From: the human T2T-CHM13v2.0 reference genome, Homo sapiens | DNA: 64,000 bases | NCBI RefSeq assembly: GCF_009914755.1 | Contig: NC_060947.1 | Strand: one strand, 5' to 3' | Shown: piece after piece, positions 27,881-42,072 of the stretch | How positions within the stretch are numbered: position 1 is the first letter of the stretch | Layout of the letters: every line of letters starts with the position of its first letter | Notes under the pieces: model-generated | Databases searched by the model: none | Seen by the model: only the letters and a program-made list of their open reading frames with translations | What the model was told of the DNA's origin: nothing | Made by a program: the position numbers and the translations under genes

Positions 27881-29007
27881 TGCTAGAATATGGCTAACAC
27901 GAAACCGTTTACTCTACTAGCTCTATGAGTAGTTTCATAGAGAATGTGACAATTGTATAGAAAGAATATAGTTTTTACTACTTTGGAGAACCGAACATGT
28001 AACCTTTTAATGGTTTCTTAACGAGACTGGCTATTGGGAAATCTGCATTTTATTATTAAACCTTAGTGATAACAGGTTTTCAGCTAATAAATTACATCTG
28101 GACAAAACCTGGCTGCGGAAAATGGCTGCAGGAGAGCCCATTTTTGATCACGCCCCTGGGGAAAACCTGGAATCAGTGCTGAGTTTTCCCTTCCTGAAGC
28201 AGTTGGTAACAGCCTCGTCCCTAAATTGGCTGCTCAAGCTGCTCTCCAGGAAAAGTTAATATGTTCCCAGAGGATGAAATCAACCTTCAGTTGGAGCCCC
28301 ACCCTGGGAGATGCAAAGCCATGCGTCTCTGTGGGATACACAGGTGACCTGGAGAAGGGGTGCGGGTGAACTCCAGAGAAAAACTGAAAAGTTTACTCTC
28401 CCGTCTCTCTTGATTTCCAGAAAAGAGTGAGACCAGTAGGCTCCGTGTCCCCATTTTCCAAAGCTTATTTAGATTTCAAAACCGCTTTGCAGACCCAGCC
28501 GTATGTGTTGCATAAAGCCTGTTGAGTTTATTACTGATGACAGTCCTAGCTCTAGTAAAAAAGAATGCAACACGAAATTAAATCATCTCCTCGATAATGA
28601 CAGGATTGCAATCAGAGAATAAAATTTGTTTTCTCATCTGGTTATACCCAAAAGGCTACATTCAGATGAGCCATCTTTCCATTTTGAAGAAGTGAAAATC
28701 GTATAGAATATTTGTGTGAGTGTGTTGAGGGAGTGCTTTGACACAGGAGAATCATAGAGCAGCAGGAAAGTGGATGTGAAAGTTAGTCTTCCCAGTAAAG
28801 TGAGAGTGAAGGGAAGATACACTAGAAACAGGATATTTCAAGGTAATTGAAACGCAAAAGTGAATCCTTTTTTTTTTACTTAATTATGATAGAAGACAAA
28901 ATAAAGAGAATCTTAGAAATCTTGAATATTCACATCAGTTTAAGTAAGTAATAAAAACTGTATTTACTGTATTACAGAAAACTGTAAATAACATAGAAAT
29001 AGCATTT

Positions 29008-29132
29008 GCTCTCTCTGTCTCTGTCTCTCTCTCTCTATGCCTGCCTCTCTGTTTCTTTCTGTGTCTCTGTCTCTCTCTCTTTCTTTCACACACACCTCTC
29101 CATTTAAGATAGATAGATAGACAGATATAGAT

Positions 29133-29171
<39 letters not shown>

Positions 29172-29183
29172 TAGATATAGATA
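29008..29183. repeat. (TC)n and (GATA)n microsatellites
   Basis: Direct inspection. Confidence 0.85.
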
Positions 29184-30444
29184 AGGTAACAGGTAGTATT
29201 GCTCTGAGTGGGATATTTACAATGTGGTACACGTGATTTTGACTGTGTTTGACATTCTTATTGTGAAAAAGGATATAACTTGGAAATAAATTACGTTTAT
29301 GCATCCATACACACTCTTCAAACAGGCAATTGGATTGAAAGTATGCCAGTGAGACTAAAAATCATACAACTCCGTGTAATGTGGAAGGTGAAGGAGCATT
29401 TTAGAATGCATGTTAAAACACAATAAACATAAGGATAGATTCTGTGATAGAACAGAATGCCTGAATTCCTATCCCAGGATGTGATTTCAAGGCACAACGA
29501 GATAAAATGCCTGGAGAGAGAGAATAACGACGACTTTAGACACTGAGGCAATTCCCAGGGTAAGTTCACAGTGACACACTGCTCCTGGACCTTGAGCAAA
29601 TGAGCAATGGTCGGTTGGGCTCAGGGGACTTCTGGGGTGGACTAGCCCTGGCTCGGGGTCAGAAGAAGCTTGACACAGCCTTTGTCCAAGCCGTACATCT
29701 ATCGATCTAGGAACAGCAAAAGTGCACTCAGTGGGATTTAGGACTTTCCCCAAATCGTTAGAGACACAGAGCTCCATCGGTCATCTGTGGATTCTCTCAG
29801 TTCCCATGTCTTGTCTTGAGGTTTTTGTTGGTTTGGGATTTCATTCCTGCTTTGTCCAATAATTCCCCCAGATTCTGCTGGGATCACCCAGTACTCTCTC
29901 AGCATCCACCTTTGTCCCTATTGATTGATACCTGTAACCTCTTGCTGTCTGATTTTCCCACCAATCCCCCAGTGCACATCCACACCACCCCTTTGAATCT
30001 ACTTTTTTTCTCCAAGGTTACCAGTGACCTCAGAAAAAGCAGTCAGATCCCGTTAACTCCTGTTAGTCCATTATTGACATTACAGTATTTGACTCTGTTC
30101 ACGTGCATCTCAGTTTCAAGGCATGGCTCTGTGGCTTTGAGTCTGTTTGCCTTCTTCATTGACTTCTGTTTCAACAACACTTCTTATAAGTCAGAATTTC
30201 CCAAAGCTATGCCTGAGTTCAGCCTGTGCCTCCAAACTCTGCTTTCTATGGGCTCCTAACCATCCCTATAGCTTCCACCATGAGTTCTCTGCTGCTAAGT
30301 CCCTAATCTGTGATTCTCTGCTCTCATTTCTAAATGCCAAACACCTACACCCGGAACTCAGCACTTCTAAAATTAAATTCGTGATTGCCTACTCTCTTCT
30401 TGCAGTCTTGATTGTTTATTTGTGTTCTCTAATTTAATAATAAA

Positions 30445-31232
<788 letters not shown>

Positions 31233-32029
31233 CTATTATTTACAGCTTTCAAACGTCTCTTCTGAATTCTTCTCTCGATTTTTCCTTGCATTCATCAAGC
31301 ACTTGCCCACCCCGTTGTATTTGCACCTCCCTGATTTTTCTCTAGTTTCTCACTTCTTCCATCTCATTGTTTTCTTTAAACCACAATCAGCCCAGCCCTA
31401 TTAAATATCTTTGAAAGAAACTACATTTTTCTTAGTATTAGTCGCATTTCTCAGTCAACATTTGAATTGTTATCTTTTTTGGGGACCAGGTTATACATCT
31501 GCCTCACTTACCTGACACCTATTTGAAGTCTAAGATGATTTCTTGTTCATCCAGAAGCTTCTGCACATTCAGCACCCTGTCACCTGCCAAGAGTTGCAAT
31601 GCACCCAAAATCAGGTTGCCTCTCTGTTTGGTAAGGGGATTTTTCAATGTGCTTCAAGCTGAACATCATATATATTATCTCATTCAGCTCACAACAATTC
31701 TGTAAAGTATTGATTATGCCTCCAGTATATATGAGGAAAAGGAAGATCACAGTGATTAAGCAATTTTGCTTAACTGGTTAGTAAAAGAATTAAATATTTA
31801 TTGTGTGGCTTGGAAACCATCATTTTTCTCCCAAGACACCACACTACCTCTCAGTAAGAATATGTCAATAATTAATGCTGGATAGATCTCTCCGGTTCTA
31901 TCACAAATGGGACCAAAATATATGACCCCTATTCTTCACTTTTCTTCTTATGTGACCAAAGAAGTCTGTCCACACAATATCTAGGACACACCATGGAAAA
32001 AAAAAAGGATTAAATCAAAATTCTTTTTG

Positions 32030-32915
32030 TGTAATGGTGGGAGGTTGAATCCACAGTCCCCAAAGTTGTTCACATCCTAATCCCAGAAGCTATGAAAATG
32101 TCACTGTACCTGGAAAAAAGGAAATGAGTAAGGATCTTAAAATGGGGAGATCATCTTGGGCTAGCCAGGTAGGTCTTTATAAGAGAGAGGTAGGAGGGTC
32201 AGAGTTAGAGACAGAGACGTGAGGATAGAAAGAGATGTCAGAGTGATGCGGGGCCATGAGCCAAGGAATGCAGGCGGGCTGTGGGAGATGGGATAGGTAA
32301 GGCAGCAGACTTTCTTTCAGAGCCTTCAGAACAAATGCAGCCCTGGTGACCTATTTTGGACTTCTGACCTATAGAACTGTAAGACAACTGTGATGGTAAA
32401 TATTGAGTGTTAATTTGATTGGATTGATTGAAGAATGCAAAGTATTCTTCCTGGTGTGTCTCTGAGGGTGTTGCCAAAGGCGAGTAACATTTGAGTCAGT
32501 GGACTGGAAAAGGCAGACTCACTCTCAACTGGTTGGGCACCATCTAATCAGCTATCAGCATGGCCAGAATAAATGCAGGCAGAAGAACATGGAAAGACAG
32601 ACTAATTTAGTCTTCTGGCCTCCATCTTTCTCCCGTGCTGGATGCTCCCTGCCGGTGAACATCAGACTCCAAGTTCTTCAGCTTTGGGACTTGAACTGGT
32701 TTCCTTGCTCCTCAGCTTGCAGACGCCCCATTGTGGGACCTCACTATGTGATCATGTGAGTCAATACTCCTTAATAAACTTCCCTTTATATATACATCTA
32801 TCCTATCAGTTCTGTCCCTCTAGAGAATCCTGACTAATACAACAACATACGTCTATATTGTTTTAAGCCACTGGATTTGTGGTAACTTGTTGTGACAACC
32901 ATAGGACACTAAGAC
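32030..32915 (+). mobile_element. MLT1 (MLT1D-like) LTR interrupted by MLT2A
   Basis: MLT1 motifs on both sides (cacatcctaatccc...agaactgtaaga | ttgttttaagccact...ttgtggtaacttgtt). Confidence 0.75.
32389..32841 (+). mobile_element. MLT2A1-like solo LTR
   Basis: tgtgatggtaaatattgagtg...gactaataca, 453 bp, TSD acaac. Confidence 0.88.
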
Positions 32916-33241
32916 AGCCATTGAGATTAAATAAATTTATGAAGGATGAAAAATTAATGAGCACAGATAAAAGACTCTTCCATGCAGGAGCAGGGAACAT
33001 GGAAAAATACTCCCCTTCGTATTTTTTCTCTTTATTTTTTAAACAAATTCTCTCCTTGCATGCAAGAAAGAATCATAGAGGCATGGTCTGAACAAAAGGG
33101 AATGGATGCATTGGCTTCCCCGACTTAATTGGGGTTGAGGGATAAATTTTAGGATTCCCAGTGAAGTTTGAATTTTTGTTGAACAACAAGTGATTTTTTA
33201 AAGTGTGTGTATTCTGCAGAGACTTACCTCATTGGTATATG

Positions 33242-33859
33242 TGACACAGGAGTTAAGAAGAAATCACTTAGGCAGATAGTAAGGGTATGGGAGTCCTCAG
33301 TAAGGCTTTCCTTTTTAATGAAAAGCAGCCCCAAATCGTTTTCTAGGAAAGAGCAGCCTGTAAAGTCGAGCTGCAGACATAGACAAGCAAGCTGGGAGCT
33401 TCCACGAGTGAATGCTGGCAGGAACTTAAGACTAGACATGTTCAAGATGGCAGCTCCATCTTCCCTTTTCTGTCAGCCACATGTACTATAAGGAGCAGAC
33501 AAGATGGCACTGATCAACTGGAAAGCCCATTTGCATAATAAGATTAGGGTGGGGCAACCAGTCTCCCCCCGAACCCACACACTATGTAAATGTCATACCT
33601 GATCGAACCGATCTGTTAAGCCCTATGTAAATCAGACACTGCCTCCTCAAACCTGTCTATAAAATCTGGCGCATTCTCTGCCAGCCGGTCCTTTCTGCTT
33701 GGAGACCCCTTTCTCTACAGAGAGAGCTGTTTCTCTTTCTCTTCTCTTCTGTCTGTTAAACCTCCATCCTAAACTCCTCATGTGTGTCCGTGTTCTAAAT
33801 TTTCCTGGCATGCGATGACGCATCTCAGGGTATATACCCCAGGAAACATAGCCACTTCA
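33242..33859 (+). mobile_element. ERV1 solo LTR (LTR9/MER50-related)
   Basis: TG...CA termini, 4-bp TSD tatg, TATA-like ctataaaa at ~33657. Confidence 0.75.
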
Positions 33860-34820
33860 TATGGACACCATTATTTTAAAAAATAGATTGCAGAGTCCCT
33901 AATGGAAATAGATGAAGACACAGCTGAAAAGAGTAGATGTTTAGTGCATGTATTCCTCACGGCAAGTGGTTTTGAAGCGCGGCTCAGAGAGCCATGGTTC
34001 TTGGGCTGAAATTGAACCCGACTATTGATTTATATATGAGAATTATTCCCAAAACAGAGTTAGATTGCATTTATACACTCATCCCCTCTTCCTTCAACCA
34101 AATTATTGATTTTCATAGATTAAGTGGGCTTCTTATTCTTGTGACTCTTCACCTCTTGAATTCTGTATGCATTTTTAAGCAAAATGCAGACATTTTATCT
34201 ACTCTTCTATGCAAATATTTACTGGCTAAAATTTTTAAAAAGCAGCAGCCTCCAGAAGACAGCACAATGAGTTATCATCAGTCACAATTACCCACTCAAA
34301 AGTGGTGGGATATGGAAGTCAGGCTCCAGGACATGCCTTGATACCAAGAAGAGTGGTTCATTGTAGAAAAAAAAGTCTGTCAGTGAAACACCTTACATGT
34401 AATTCACAGATAAAGATCATAGGTTTTAAAATGGCAAGTCCAGAGAGTTGTGCCACCTATCTTTTTTGATAAGTGATTCTGATAAGGTTTCCCTAAGAAG
34501 TGAACACCTCTAGGTATTTAGAGCTCATTTTGGCAAATGATTTGTTTTTCTAAAAAATACAGAATAAGTGTAAGTTTAGCTAATGCAAGTTTAGCATTTA
34601 TGCAAGTTTAGAATTTTTAATTGGGTTCAATATCTGCTTTTGCTGCCAAACTTCTGAACAGTAATAACAGGTAGTAACAAGATGTTCAAGATGTTATCCA
34701 AATAAATGAGAACTGGCAGTAGGGGAAAAAAGAAGAGTTTAGTGTACACACGCACATATATATACATATATGCACATATACATATATACACATGTACATA
34801 CACACTATCATACAACATAC

Positions 34821-35402
34821 TGTCAACCTAAAATCATCAAAAGGCTCAGAATCCAGTATAAAAGAGTTTATTCAGTTGCAAAGCTAAGAACAGCCATTCA
34901 GGTAACACAGATTCTGAAGAAATGGGATCATTGCTTCTAAACGGGAACGCTAAGGTCTTGCTTATATGGGGAGAAAACAAAAAAAAATTGAACAGGATTA
35001 CAATAGTTTTTCTACAAGGCTAGTTTATGAGTTTCAGCAATTTGATTAATTACAGCTGTTTTATTTTCCTTTTCCAATTAAAAAATATATTTAATATTTC
35101 ATCTTAGACAATGTGGTAATTGTGAGGTCTTTCTGTATGAGAAGTAAGAGAGAAGTTAATCCATAATGAAAATCAACAGTGCAGTGGGAAAGGGATCTTC
35201 CCTGGTGCCCTTTAGCCTTTCACAACATTTTACAAAACAATGTAGGTAAAGCAAAGGCTATTTCATAATCAGCGGAACAAATGTTGCAGCTGCGTAGGTT
35301 ACAGCTGTCTGTCAGGTTACTCAGTTCTCATAATTACATTCCTTTACGTCTAAAACAAAATTAAAGTTCCAACAGCTTTAATTTTGAGTTCCTTATTTTT
35401 AT
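34821..35402 (-). mobile_element. ERV1 MER4-group LTR (MER65-like)
   Basis: tgtcaacctaaaat...gagtttattc start typical of antisense MER65-group LTRs. Confidence 0.55.
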
Positions 35403-36110
35403 AATACTTATACTAAAGAGTTTTTTGTTGTTTATCTAAAATTTGAATATAGCTGGTCGTCCTGTATCATTTACTAGTTCTGACAACTCTAAATGGAAAG
35501 TTCAGAGTTTGGGCATACTTTGGAGAAACTTCATCTAGCAACTCCTTTATGAACCAAGCACTTGTTTTTTCTCCTCACACTGGCCTGCCTGTTGTCTCAT
35601 TCATCTTAAAGTTGACTCCATTGATGGCCTAAGGTCACTTCCAATTTCACTGCTTCTTGATTCACGTCCAGAAAAGAGGCATGAGTTCACTTACCCCAAC
35701 ATTCCCGGCCAATCAGAGAGCTCAGGGGGAGATAATGTTATGATACAATTTATCTACATTGCCTATACTCAACCTGGAAATCCAGGGCCATGGTGATCTT
35801 CTTCAGAACCATGTAGCAACCAAAATATTTAGGAAAGCAGGAGAAGCCATGAGCAGATGCCCCCTACACTATGCACAAAACCTTGAGAGTGAGAGGTAAG
35901 AAGACCTTGAGCATGGATGAAGTCTCACTATAGGGCTGTTTGCTAAGCTTGGAACCTTCAGCTTTGGGGAGTGTACTTTTGAGCGTGGATGCTATCTCCA
36001 GTTTCCTATATGCTTGGACTTCAATAATTCTTATGACTAGAACACATCTGTTTATTATTTTATCGTTTGATGCTGGGAATTTTGTGTTTATTCTGTGTAT
36101 TAAGGAGAGA

Positions 36111-36154
36111 GTCAAAGGGTTAAGAGTCAAAGGGTTAAAAGTCAAAGGGTTAAG
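36111..36154. repeat. 15-bp tandem repeat x3 (gtcaaagggttaa..)
   Basis: Direct inspection. Confidence 0.85.
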
Positions 36155-36171
36155 TTAAGGTTTCCTCTAGT

Positions 36172-36500
36172 GCAGGAGTTGGCAGATGTTTGGAGGAAAG
36201 AGCCAGATAATGTGTTCAGCTTTCTGGACCCCACAGTCTCTGCTGCAGCTACTCAACCTTGCTGTCATATGGAGAAGGCAGCTACAGGCAATATGAAAAT
36301 GAATGAATATGGTAGTTTTCCCATTTATGCACACTGAAATTTGGATATCGTATAATTTTTATTGTCATGAAACATAAGCCTCCTTTTGATTCTTTTCCCA
36401 GTCATTTAAAAAACATGAAAATGTATTCTTAGCCAATGGGCCCTAAATGAACAGATGGCCAGACAGATTTGGCCCACTAGCCATTGTTTAATTGCTCTTC
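36172..36500. mobile_element. MER58B-like hAT element
   Basis: caggagttggcaga...gcagctactcaac...cactgaaatttgga...cagatttggccc. Confidence 0.6.
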
Positions 36501-37542
36501 CTCCATGGTGGTAGATCCCTTATCTTGGCCGCACATCAGAATCACCATCCCAGGTAAATCTAATTATACTTCTTGTGATTGAGATCCCTGAATCACTAGT
36601 TCTAGAGGGACCATCGTTGTAGGCAACTTAATTCACTCAAGTGGTAACAGGGTAGAGTTCAGGGCAGAAGATCTACTCGAGCATCACTGACCTTCTGCTG
36701 CATCACTTACGCTGCAAATCTGGAGAAACAGCCCTGGGTTAAAAAAGGTGAAGAGCTTCAAGACTTATAAAAGGCTTTTTAGAATAAGGAGAGTGTGAAG
36801 GGCAAATGCACACAAATGAGGAGTCCAGTAATAGAAAGCACGTCACCATTCCTGATACACTCTGAACACCGGTGTGATTGATAGTCTCCCAACAAACATT
36901 TTCATAGAATCTGCATTGCTATCTGATGGCCTGAAATGATCTTTTAAAAGTCAGGGTTTCAAACTTGATAGTTCTAAGTTATTTAAGGTACCACATAACA
37001 GCAGAGTACTTATCACCAGTAGAAATGATTTCTCCAAAGGAAAAAAAAAATCACATATTGAAGACTCCGTTAAAATAGAATTGTTTCTAATCCAAGAATA
37101 AAAATGGTAGTTTATAGGAATATTGAGTTATAACAAATTTTGGCTTCTACATATACTGATGGCTCTCAAATAGGAATATTTCAAATACCTAGATGTGTGT
37201 ATATGTGTGTATGTGTGCATGTGTTTTGTCTCACGATTTCAAGTGAATTGGTCTGAATGTTTTGTAAAATTACAATAAAATATCATGACAAGTCTATCGT
37301 TTCATCTGACAAATTTGCAATATTTAATGGAATTGGCATAAAATCCTCTGTCAATTGAAAATATGTTTGAAGAGTACAAGGAAAAGGAGAGTTACACTTT
37401 TGAGACCAACATTTCTCATCTCATAAATGGGAAATAATTAGGGTTTTTGAATTTTGTTAGGCAAATTTACATTAATCATATTTTTATTTTAAAAAATATG
37501 TTGAGTTAGCACATTGCATTTGTTTTCAAGGAACTTCTATAA

Positions 37543-37853
<311 letters not shown>

Positions 37854-38305
37854 TGAAAACCTTTTTAATTTCATTTATTCCATTTTTCAGATATATGTAT
37901 GTGTGTGCCCGTGTGAAGTCTGTATGACAGTATATATGTCTGCATCTATGTACATATTATATAGATATTCATGGGTATAGGATGGGGGATGAGGGAAGAG
38001 ATTTCTTTTTAAGTGGTTAGCCATATGGCTTGTACAGCCACACTATGATCTTTGCTTATCCTTCTAATTAATAATACCTTCAAATGTGCATGAGAACAAC
38101 AGCAAGATCTCTGCAAATCATAGTCAGAATTTGTCATTTTGCAAATTTAGGGAACAAGTTTCAAATAGAATAATTTGAGGATTTTAAATGGTTTAAAGAT
38201 TTCATACCCCAGTGATTTCTCTTTTATTGTCACAAATAATGTAAATTTTCTCCCTATAAAAATGTAAAAGTATTAAAAGGGTATATAAAGTCTACAACAG
38301 TTACT

Positions 38306-39460
38306 TGTGTGCAATAATTTGACAAGGACATAGAGTGCCCAGATATTTGATTAAACATTATTCTGGGTGTGTCTCCGAGGGTGTTTCTGGCTGAAATTAG
38401 CATTGAACTGGTACATTGGGTAAAGCATATTATCTTCCCTGCTGTGGGTACACATCATCTGACCCATGGAAGACCTGAATACAATAAAAGACTGAGTAAG
38501 ATAGAATTATTTCTCTCTGCCTGACGGTCTTAGAGCTAAGGCACTGGTCCTCTCCTGTCTTCAGACTTGATCTTGGACTAAAAATAACATTGTTGACTCT
38601 ACTGATCCTTAGACCTTTGGATTCACACTGGACCTTGCACCCTCAGCTCTCCAGGGTCTCTAGCCAAAAGACTGGGATTCACACCATTGGCTCTCTTGAG
38701 TCTCATGCCTTCAGGCTGGAACTCATACCATCGGTTTTCCTGAGCCTCAGGCCTTTAGACTTAGACTGAAACTCACACCCTCAGCTCTCCTGGGTCTCAG
38801 GCCTTCAGACTCAGCTGGAACTCACACCATTGGCTCTTTTGGGTATCAGGCCTTCAGATTGGCACTCACACCCTCAGCTTTTCTGGGTCTCAAGCCTTCA
38901 GACTCAAACTGGAACTCACATCCTCAGCTCTTCTGGGTCTCAGACCTTCAGACTTAGACTGGAACTCACACCCTTAGCTCTCCTGGGTCTCGGGCCTTCA
39001 AACTCAGACTGAAACTCACATCCTTGGCTCTCCTGGGTCTTCGGCCTTTAGAATCAGACTGGAACTCACACTCTCAGCTCTTCTGGGTCTCAGGCCTGCA
39101 GACTCAGACCAGAACTCACACCCTTAGCTCTCCTGGGTCTCGGGCCTTCAAACTCAGACTGAAACTCACATCCTTGGCTCTCCTAGGTCTTCGGCCTTTA
39201 GAATCAGACTGGAACTCACACTCTCAGCTCTTCTGGGTCTCAGGCCTGCAGACTCAGACCAGAACTCACACCAACACCTCTCCTGGGTCTCAGGCCTTCA
39301 GACTTAGACTGGAACTCATACCCTTGGCTCTCCTGGGTTTCAGGCCTTCAGACCAGAACTCACATCATGGGCTCCCCTGGCTTTCCAGCTTTCCCACTGC
39401 AGATCTTGGGACTTCACGGCCTCCACAATCATATGAACCAATTCTTTACAGTAAATCTCT
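38306..39460 (+). mobile_element. MLT2 (MLT2D-like) LTR with internal ~50-bp minisatellite expansion
   Basis: MLT2 5' (gtgcccagatatttg...ttattctgggtgtgtc) and 3' (gcagatcttgggactt...ctccacaatc) flank the array. Confidence 0.75.
38560..39385. repeat. ~50-bp minisatellite (gactcagactggaactcacaccctcagctctcctgggtctcaggccttca) with a 150-bp higher-order duplication
   Basis: Units visible throughout; 38962-39272 is periodic at 150 bp. Confidence 0.88.
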
Positions 39461-39959
39461 CTCATTGCCCATTAAAGCGAGAATGGTAAATATATGATGT
39501 ACCATTTCTAAGAAATTATGTGATTTCTAAGAAAAATGTTTTGTTGTTGCTTGTCAGTAATACCTCTAATTCAAATGAAAGTAAATCTGACCTTTAAGAC
39601 TGACAAGGCTGTTAATCCAATTCATGTTCAAAGCATTGTTGTATGACTTGTACAAAAATATAGATGTGAAGAAGACAGAATTCAGACCCTAGAACATTTA
39701 GGACCATTCAGGAGGGAGATGTGTGCACAATGGGCCATACAGTCAAGACTAAAGAGCACCTAAACCATTCCACTCCCCAGTTGCTGACTCCAAACCAAGC
39801 TTTTGTATGATATGTGCCCATGTTCTGAGCCTGAATCCCAAACAAGGCCCATTGGTTGGAAATGTCTTTATTATGTTTGTCTCTGTTTAATTCTATTCCT
39901 TTCTCATTCCTCTGGAAGAGAAGAAAGATAAGTGGTACAAGATACTTAGTGGTACTTAG

Positions 39960-40176
39960 TAGTTCTCAACTTGGGGGTGATCTTGTACCACTTCTCCAGG
40001 AGATGCTTAGCAATGTCTGGAGACAATATTTTTGATTGTCACAGTTGAGGAGAAAAGGAACTACTGGGTAAAAGCCAGGGATGGTGCTAAACATCCTACA
40101 ATGCTCATAGCAGACCTCCAAAACCAAAAATTGTCTGGCCTCAAGTGTCAATAGTGTTGATCTCGAGAAACTCTGC
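39960..40176 (+). mobile_element. MER20 hAT element
   Basis: gttctcaac...gcaatgtctggagaca...gctaaacatcctacaatgc...gagaaactctg. Confidence 0.8.
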
Positions 40177-40462
40177 TGCACTTCAGTTTTGATAATTCTG
40201 ACACACAGTGGGGGAAACAGCACAACAAAATTAATGAAAACCTTAACTAATATAATGCTTGTAATAAATCTAATATGAATTGGAGGTTCATCACATCTTG
40301 CAAATATTAATTCAGTTTTTAAATTTTGGTTTTTTAAATTTGTTTTGTTTGAATAAACTTTTAAAGAGCTTCAATTCTATGATAGGGCCTGGGGATAAAA
40401 AGCAAAGTAAAATGCTCATGCAACACTTGAAGTTCAGCAGAGAAAGTAGATGTGCAACCACA

Positions 40463-41486
40463 TGTATTAGTCAGGGTACTCCAGAGAAACAGAGCCAATA
40501 AAAAGATAGATAGATAGATAGATAGATGATAGGGAGATAATTAGACATTGAGATAGATAGATATAAACAGATGTAGAGATAGGTATAGATAGATAGTGTA
40601 TTAGTCTGTTTTCACACGCTATAAAGATACTACCTGATACTGGGTAATTTATAGAGAAAAGAGGTATAATTGGCTCACAGTTCTGCATGGCTGGGGAGGC
40701 CTCAGGAAACTTACAACCGTGGCGGAAGGCAAAGGGGAAGCAAGGCATGTCTTACACGGTGACAGGACACAGAGAGCAAGCAAAGGGGAAGTGCTACACT
40801 TTAAAACCATCAGCTCTCATGAGAACTCACTCACAATCACAAGGACAGCATGGGAGAAACTGCCCTCATAATCTAATCACCTCCCACCAGGACCCTCCCT
40901 CAACACATGGGGATTACAATTCAAGATGGGATTTGGGTGGGGACACAGAGTCAAACCATATCAGATAGATATAAAGACATAGATATAGAGATAGATAAAT
41001 TTAAATAGATATAGAGGCATAGATAGACATAGAGATATATAGAGATATAGATATAGATACAGATAGCTATAGATAGATAGATGGATAGACAGATATAGAT
41101 ATGTAGATGGATAAATGACAGATTTATGATAAATTGGCTCATGCAATTATGAAGGCTGAGAATTCCCATGACCTGCCATCTGCAAGCTGGAGACTCAGGA
41201 AACCTGGTCTTGTAATTCATTCTGAGTTTGAAGGTCTGGGAACCAGGACAGTCAAGAGCCAAGGAGTGTCAACCAGCCCAAGAGCAAGAGAAGGTGAGAT
41301 GGGATGTCCTACCTCAAGCAGTAAGTCAGAAAAAAAGGGATGATTCCTAATTCCTCCTCCTTTTGTACTATTCAGGCTCTCGGTGAATTGGACTAATACA
41401 CTGTCTATCTGTACCTATCTCTGTATCTATTTCTATATCTATTAATATGTATCTTTCTATCTATCACTACATCTACCTATCTCTAC

Positions 41487-41536
<50 letters not shown>

Positions 41537-41677
41537 TTATCTATCTCTTATTGGCTCTGTTTCTCTGGAGTACCCTGACTAATACACCCTCACAGACACA
41601 CACAGAAATAATGTTCAACCTGGGCAACCCATAGCCCAGTTAACTCAACACAAGTCAAAACAAACAATCCCATCATA
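40463..41677 (-). mobile_element. MLT2 LTR interrupted by an MST LTR, GATA repeats and an inverted self-duplication
   Basis: tgtattagtcagggtactccagagaaacaga start; aattggctcatgcaattatg...ccctcacagacacac...catcata end. Confidence 0.8.
40597..40963 (-). mobile_element. MST (MSTA-like) MaLR solo LTR
   Basis: tgtattagtctgttttcacacgctataaag...aaaccatatca; TSD gatag. Confidence 0.88.
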
Positions 41678-42072
41678 CACACTACAATACTGTACAATTT
41701 AATAATGGGGCAACCCTAGCCTCTAGGAGCCAGGACAAGGATTTACTTCTCCTAGGGGAGCCTGGGTACCTTCATAGAGGTGGTACATTGGGTGTGGGCC
41801 TTGAGGGATCAGAGAATATCAGACGGAAAAGGAAAAGAGAGGGATCCAGGATGGCAAACAAAAGCCCAGCACGTCAGAAAAGGTGAGTGTGTTCTGAGAC
41901 ATTAAAAAGCCAGTATGGCTAAAGCCAAGTTAGAAATCAATTTCAATAGGATGTTGAGCTAAAGACAGGGAACATGATCATGGTTGTGGATGTGATTGGC
42001 AATTTGAGAAATTCACACACTGACTAAAGACAACACTTTCAAGAAGTTTCTCTGTGACAATAAGACAAGCAT

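Noticed and set aside
28010-28620. Repeat-poor, moderately GC-rich stretch with a YY1-like aaaatggctgc motif
   Set aside because: Could be an enhancer or non-coding exon, but nothing in the sequence alone supports a call
38830-39497. 157-aa repetitive ORF, and superficial similarity of the unit (gactcag, ctctcctg) to the VCX RU1 repeat
   Set aside because: ORF arises from the LTR-derived minisatellite; the similarity to RU1 is limited to short words in a different order
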